From positions 1 through 29,620 of the forward strand of contig JBAXAI010000041.1 in NCBI GenBank assembly GCA_037142615.1: a stretch of 29,620 nt of DNA, read 5' to 3'. The translations under genes and the position numbers were made by a program. Below, in pieces: positions 25,522 to 29,620 of this stretch. The notes under the pieces are model-generated. The model was not told the DNA's origin, did not search any database, and was given only the letters and a program-made list of their open reading frames with translations. Within the stretch, counting starts at the first letter, position 1, and every line of letters begins with the position of its first letter. This DNA comes from Spirochaetales bacterium (lineage in GTDB: Bacteria > Spirochaetota > Spirochaetia > JABEVK01).

Positions 25522-26319
25522 ATGGCCTACGACACCCTCGAATTGGAGATCGACGCTTTGGGCCGACGCCCGCGCACCGTGCGCATCCTCTCGCCCGACC
25601 TGGACCGGACCTCTCCCACTGGCGGGTTCCCTGTGCTGTACATGCCCGACGGCCAGAACTTGTTCCGCGACGCCGAGGCCTCCTACGGCAAGAGCTGGGA
25701 CTTTCCTGCCGCCCTGGCCGGACTGGGCCATGGCCTCATCGTTGTCGGCTGGGACTCGGCCGAGGACCTGCAGCGTCTGGACGAGTTGGGGCCCTGGCGT
25801 AACGACTGGATTCAGCAGAAGGCCCCCGGCATCACTCGACCCGTGGGAGGTGAGGGCCAGGGCACGCTCGATTTCGTGGTCAACCAACTCAAGCCGCTGG
25901 TCGATTCCCGTTACCCGACGCTGCCTGGTCGCGCGACAACCTGGGTTGCCGGTTCGTCGATGGGCGGGCTGTTCGCCCTGTACGCGGCGGCGTCGCGTCC
26001 CGACGTGTTTTCGCGGGCGGGGTGCTTTTCGTCGGCTTTTTGGATCGCAGGAGCCCAGCTCGACCGGTTTGTGGCCAGTTCTGCGGCCAGCAAGCTCGAC
26101 CGGGTGTACCTCGATGTCGGCACGATGGAAGGCTCCCGGCAGAACAACGAAGAAGAACGACAGGCCTACGTCAACGACACCAAGCGCATCGGTGCTCTCT
26201 TGAGTTCCGGTGGCTTGGGCCCCGATCGGCTCAAGGTCGTGCTCGACGAAGGTGGCACCCACAACGAAGCCGCCTGGTCGCGCCGACTCCCCGCCGCGCT
26301 GAAGTGGCTTGCGGGGTAG
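25522..26319 (+). CDS. Alpha/beta hydrolase, putative esterase
   Basis: PVLYMPDGQNLF, GSSMGG nucleophile elbow, YLDVGTMEG, HNEAAWSRR. RBS AAGGGG. Confidence 0.88.
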   Translation: MAYDTLELEIDALGRRPRTVRILSPDLDRTSPTGGFPVLYMPDGQNLFRDAEASYGKSWDFPAALAGLGHGLIVVGWDSAEDLQRLDELGPWRNDWIQQKAPGITRPVGGEGQGTLDFVVNQLKPLVDSRYPTLPGRATTWVAGSSMGGLFALYAAASRPDVFSRAGCFSSAFWIAGAQLDRFVASSAASKLDRVYLDVGTMEGSRQNNEEERQAYVNDTKRIGALLSSGGLGPDRLKVVLDEGGTHNEAAWSRRLPAALKWLAG

Positions 26320-26329
26320 TTCCGCCGTT

Positions 26330-26869
26330 TCAGCCTTCGAACATGATGGCCAACAGGAGCATCGCGGCTCCCGCCAGCCCAAAGGCCGTACGGGTTTCGG
26401 CATTGCCTGCCGCTTGACCAGTAATGATCACGGTCGAACCCAACACCGCGGTGAGCGCATGCAGGTTGTTCCAGGTCACCAAATCGCCCTCGAACGTCAG
26501 CTTTCCCCAGTGCGACACGATGCCCGCCAGCACCGTCGTTCCCGCCGATACGGCCGATGACGCCGAAACGAGGTCGACGGCTACCAGCGACCCCGGCTCA
26601 GCCGGGGCGAGGTGTTCCAGGGCAAACGCGACCGTGGCCAAGGTGAGCGTCGCGTAGCCCAGCGCTTTGTGGCCCTTGGTGGCGAGGTTTTGCAGGCTGA
26701 AGTCATCCCAGATTTTGCTGCTCAACGGCGCGCCGATGAAACCACCGCCGGGGGGCAGGGGCGGGGCTTCGGCTTCGGGAGGCGAAGGGGAATCTTGGGC
26801 CGCCAAGCTTGCGGCAAGCCAGAACAGGAGACCACACGAGAGCAATTTCAAGGGGTTATTTTTTCTCAT
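26330..26869 (-). CDS. Hypothetical membrane protein with signal peptide
   Basis: MRKNN...LAA signal, Pro-rich linker and about 4 hydrophobic helices with His residues. The start overlaps the lipase 3' end. Confidence 0.6.
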   Translation of the reverse strand: MRKNNPLKLLSCGLLFWLAASLAAQDSPSPPEAEAPPLPPGGGFIGAPLSSKIWDDFSLQNLATKGHKALGYATLTLATVAFALEHLAPAEPGSLVAVDLVSASSAVSAGTTVLAGIVSHWGKLTFEGDLVTWNNLHALTAVLGSTVIITGQAAGNAETRTAFGLAGAAMLLLAIMFEG

Positions 26870-27725
26870 CCGAACTGGAAGGTACTGCCGCAGCGGGCTC
26901 TTGAACAGGGTAGTGAAACCGATAAGCAGCATCGACCAGTACAAAGAAGTGATCAAGGAAATGGTCGTCGATCAGCGCCAAACCTCCGCGTGGGCCATCC
27001 AGAACTTGTGTAGTGCCCGGCAGAAACCAGGCGCTCCCCAACGGAAACTCCGACACAGGGTCGTTCCGGTAGATGAAGTTGCGGGCGCTAAGGCCCAAGC
27101 GGTGGTATTCCGCTACGAAATCCGCCTGGAAAGACCTCAGCGAATTGAGGGTATAGACCCGGCATTTCAGGCCCTCCGTTTCGGCGAGCCAGCGCGCCAT
27201 CATCACGGCAAGCCCACCCCCTTGCGAATAGCCAAGCAAAACGAAGTCCTCAGCTCCGGCCTCCTTGGCCTGGTGGACCACCCCCGAGGCCTCGCCGGAG
27301 GCTACCCACGCCTCAAAGGGCCTCAGCACGCCGTCCTGGGCTTTTCCGCCGGTGCCGCCCCACGGTTGGGGGGTGCCGGGCAGTGTTGCCCAGACGGCTG
27401 CCGCGGTGTGGGTCCCCGTGAACGCAAGGTAGGCCTTTGTGCCTTGAATAAACAGAGTTCCCTGAACCAACGCATTGTCGGCGCTGAGGACCCCTACGCG
27501 GCGAAGATCTTCGTTCGCAATCGGTGCCCGGTAGTCGGGCCGCCAGACCAGCGCCATGGCGTCTTGGTGCATCGACACGTCAGCAAGCTCGATCGCTGTG
27601 GCGAGTTCTAAGCCTGGGTCGGGTGCCTCAAGGTCGGGACCAGGTTCGCGCTGCAAGCTGACACACGAGCAGAGCAAGAGGAGCCCCGCAAGAACCGTCA
27701 TCTGGAACCGTCGCAGCAACTCCAC
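26856..27725 (-). CDS. Class 3 lipase family lipoprotein
   Basis: Lipobox-like LLLLCSC, YLAFTGT, GYSQGG, RNDPV, DHF. The start could instead be ATG 27701. Confidence 0.75.
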   Translation of the reverse strand: MELLRRFQMTVLAGLLLLCSCVSLQREPGPDLEAPDPGLELATAIELADVSMHQDAMALVWRPDYRAPIANEDLRRVGVLSADNALVQGTLFIQGTKAYLAFTGTHTAAAVWATLPGTPQPWGGTGGKAQDGVLRPFEAWVASGEASGVVHQAKEAGAEDFVLLGYSQGGGLAVMMARWLAETEGLKCRVYTLNSLRSFQADFVAEYHRLGLSARNFIYRNDPVSEFPLGSAWFLPGTTQVLDGPRGGLALIDDHFLDHFFVLVDAAYRFHYPVQEPAAAVPSSSDEKK

Positions 27726-27726
27726 C

Positions 27727-28539
27727 CTACAAACTCCGCGTCAGCTCTTCGCGCGTCAGCTTTGGTGCCACGTTGCGCAGCAGAGCGTACCCTCCAGCCC
27801 CGGCCACCAGCGCGATCGCGGCCAGCAGCCAGGCGTTGACGATCACCACGCCGCCGCCGATCAAGTACAGCAGCGCCACCAGCGGCAACATGATCATCCC
27901 GCCCTTTTGCTGCGCCTCGACAAAGGTTTTGGCCTTGAGCGACACCAGCAAAGCCAGCCCCAGTGCCAACGCGTTCACCACAGGCACCACAATCAGCATC
28001 ACGGGGATCCACAACAGGTCGCGAACGATGAGACCCGCCGAAAAGCCCTTGAACCCCAGCCACACAGCGTTACTCCCCACGAAAAACAGAGCAAACCCAA
28101 CGAAGCTGAGCACCTCGGCCAGCAACAGCGGCCCCAGCACTTTGGCGACCAGCAGTTCCTCGTTGGTCAGGGGGGTGTAGAGCAGCGTCTCGAGGGTTTT
28201 GTGCTCTTTTTCGCCGACGATGCCCTGGCTGGCCATGATGACCGACCCCATCACAGGCACCATGAGGAACATGGGCACAAACGAGTAGTTGAGCATGATG
28301 AACAACATGGCCTCGCCGGTCGAAAACCCGGTGGGCACCGGGTAAACCTTGAGAAGGCCCTCCAGCGGACCGAGATTCAGGTTCGCAGTGGGCAATAACA
28401 GCAGGGCCAACGTGAACCCGAGGGGAATCAGGCCACAAAGGACCACCGGCAGCACCAACGTGGGAACCAGCACCGATGGATTCTTCAGCACGTCCTTCAA
28501 GTCCTTGCGAATGAGGGCGCTAATCCGAAACCACAGCAT
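27727..28539 (-). CDS. ABC-2 type transporter permease
   Basis: LIRKDLKD, IVGEKEHKTLETLLYTPLTNEELLVAK, and six TM helices. Confidence 0.9.
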   Translation of the reverse strand: MLWFRISALIRKDLKDVLKNPSVLVPTLVLPVVLCGLIPLGFTLALLLLPTANLNLGPLEGLLKVYPVPTGFSTGEAMLFIMLNYSFVPMFLMVPVMGSVIMASQGIVGEKEHKTLETLLYTPLTNEELLVAKVLGPLLLAEVLSFVGFALFFVGSNAVWLGFKGFSAGLIVRDLLWIPVMLIVVPVVNALALGLALLVSLKAKTFVEAQQKGGMIMLPLVALLYLIGGGVVIVNAWLLAAIALVAGAGGYALLRNVAPKLTREELTRSL

Positions 28540-29449
28540 GGTTGCCTCCTTTTTTGGCCAGCACCGGCAGACCCATCACCGACCGGTACACGTCGTTCAG
28601 GTTCGGCTTGAGCGGCGTCAGTTCATAAACCGACTCTCCGGCGGCCACGGCGGCCCGCACCAGAGCGGCGAGGTCGGCCTCGTGGCTCCAGGTTTCTTCG
28701 CGAACACCACTGGACGTTCGCAGGCGCACCCGCCGGTCTGTCCACGCCGCGTCGATCAGTTGTTGCGCCGGGCCCTGCAACACCAGCCGACCCTGTTTGA
28801 GGAAACCAAAAGTGTCACCCAGGGCCTCACCGAGTGGCAAATTGTGCGTGCACAAGAAGATGGTCTTGCCCTGCTCGCGGCAAAGCCTCACGACCAGCTC
28901 GGCCATCTGGTCGGCGGCTTCGGGATCGAGGCCGCTGGTGGGTTCATCCAGGAACAGAATCTTCGGGTCGTGCAGAAGTGCCCTCGCCAACTGCAGGCGT
29001 TTCTTCATCCCGGTGGAGCAGGCGCCCCAAGCGCGGTCGGCGGCGTCGGTCAAGCCGAAGGTCGCCAGAAGCTCCGCGACCCGGCCCTCCAAGCTTTTGC
29101 CCTTCAGCCCATACATCGTGCCAAAGAACTTCAGGTTGTCCGCGCAGGTCAGGTTTTCGTACAAGTGCGCCGACTCGGTGAGTGTCGCGCTCAACGCCCG
29201 CACGCCGGGGTCGCCCGGGCCCATGCCAGCCACACGGCAACTACCGGCGGTCGCACCCAGCGTTCCGTTGAGAACCCTCACCATGGTGCTTTTGCCGGCA
29301 CCGTTCGGCCCCAGCAGTACGAAGATCGTACCTTCTTCCACCTGCAGATCGACCCCATCGAGCGCCACCACCGGCGGACCTCCTGTGGGTCCCGCACCCG
29401 CGACGGCAAACTCCTTGCGCAGTCCCCGGACTTCCATGATCGCTGCCAT
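28520..29449 (-). CDS. ABC transporter ATP-binding protein
   Basis: Walker A GPNGAGKST, signature CSTGMKKR, Walker B LFLDEPTSGLD, H-loop CTH. Confidence 0.93.
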   Translation of the reverse strand: MAAIMEVRGLRKEFAVAGAGPTGGPPVVALDGVDLQVEEGTIFVLLGPNGAGKSTMVRVLNGTLGATAGSCRVAGMGPGDPGVRALSATLTESAHLYENLTCADNLKFFGTMYGLKGKSLEGRVAELLATFGLTDAADRAWGACSTGMKKRLQLARALLHDPKILFLDEPTSGLDPEAADQMAELVVRLCREQGKTIFLCTHNLPLGEALGDTFGFLKQGRLVLQGPAQQLIDAAWTDRRVRLRTSSGVREETWSHEADLAALVRAAVAAGESVYELTPLKPNLNDVYRSVMGLPVLAKKGGNHAVVSD

Positions 29450-29463
29450 TGTTTCCCTCTAGA

Positions 29464-29496
29464 ATATCATTATGATATCACAATGCTATTTGTCAA
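29464..29496 (-). promoter_or_regulatory. Promoter of the ABC operon with an overlapping palindromic operator
   Basis: Minus strand TTGACA (29496-29491), 16 nt, CATAAT (29474-29469). Inverted repeat ATATCAT-T-ATGATAT at 29464-29478. Confidence 0.65.
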
Positions 29497-29620
29497 GGGC
29501 CTCGACCCGGGCCCGAAGTATGCGGCAGACAAAGCCGAACACGAGCCCGTAGATGGGAGCAATGAGACCAGCACCGAAGGCGTGCGCAATCTGCTCTTGC
29601 GGCACGTTCAAGTTGCCCAG
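29486..29620 (-). CDS. 3' end of a membrane protein (MotA/TolQ/ExbB-like last helix), truncated by window
   Basis: Manual translation gives LGNLNVPQEQIAHAFGAGLIAPIYGLVFGFVCRILRARVEALDK-stop. It is not in the ORF track because there is no start in the window. Confidence 0.55.
   Translation of the reverse strand: MGNLNVPQEQIAHAFGAGLIAPIYGLVFGFVCRILRARVEALDK

Overview
GC-rich bacterial chromosomal window, probably from a spirochaete (inferred from gene content and protein style). From left to right: the end of a tryptophan operon (trpD 3' end, fused trpCF, an inserted SAM methyltransferase, a GNAT domain in frame with trpB, two inverted hypothetical genes, trpA); a secreted FGE-sulfatase/C-type-lectin-fold protein; a membrane protein plus U32 peptidase; an RhlE-like DEAD-box helicase; an Rpn PD-(D/E)XK nuclease; a secreted beta-carbonic anhydrase; PaiB; AraC; a translationally coupled glycan-degradation operon (GH13 amylase, amidohydrolase, GH127, GH13 glucosidase, GH127-GH125 fusion, esterase); and a minus-strand ABC exporter/lipase operon. 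The most interesting signal is the 3' end of the FGE/CLec gene, which looks like the variable region of a diversity-generating retroelement (DGR) target. No template repeat or reverse transcriptase is in the window, so it would be a remote target. Other leads are the GNAT-TrpB and GH127-GH125 fusions and a likely intragenic antitoxin start in the Rpn gene. No rRNA, tRNA or CRISPR array was seen. All calls come from reading motifs by eye, and no database searches were run.
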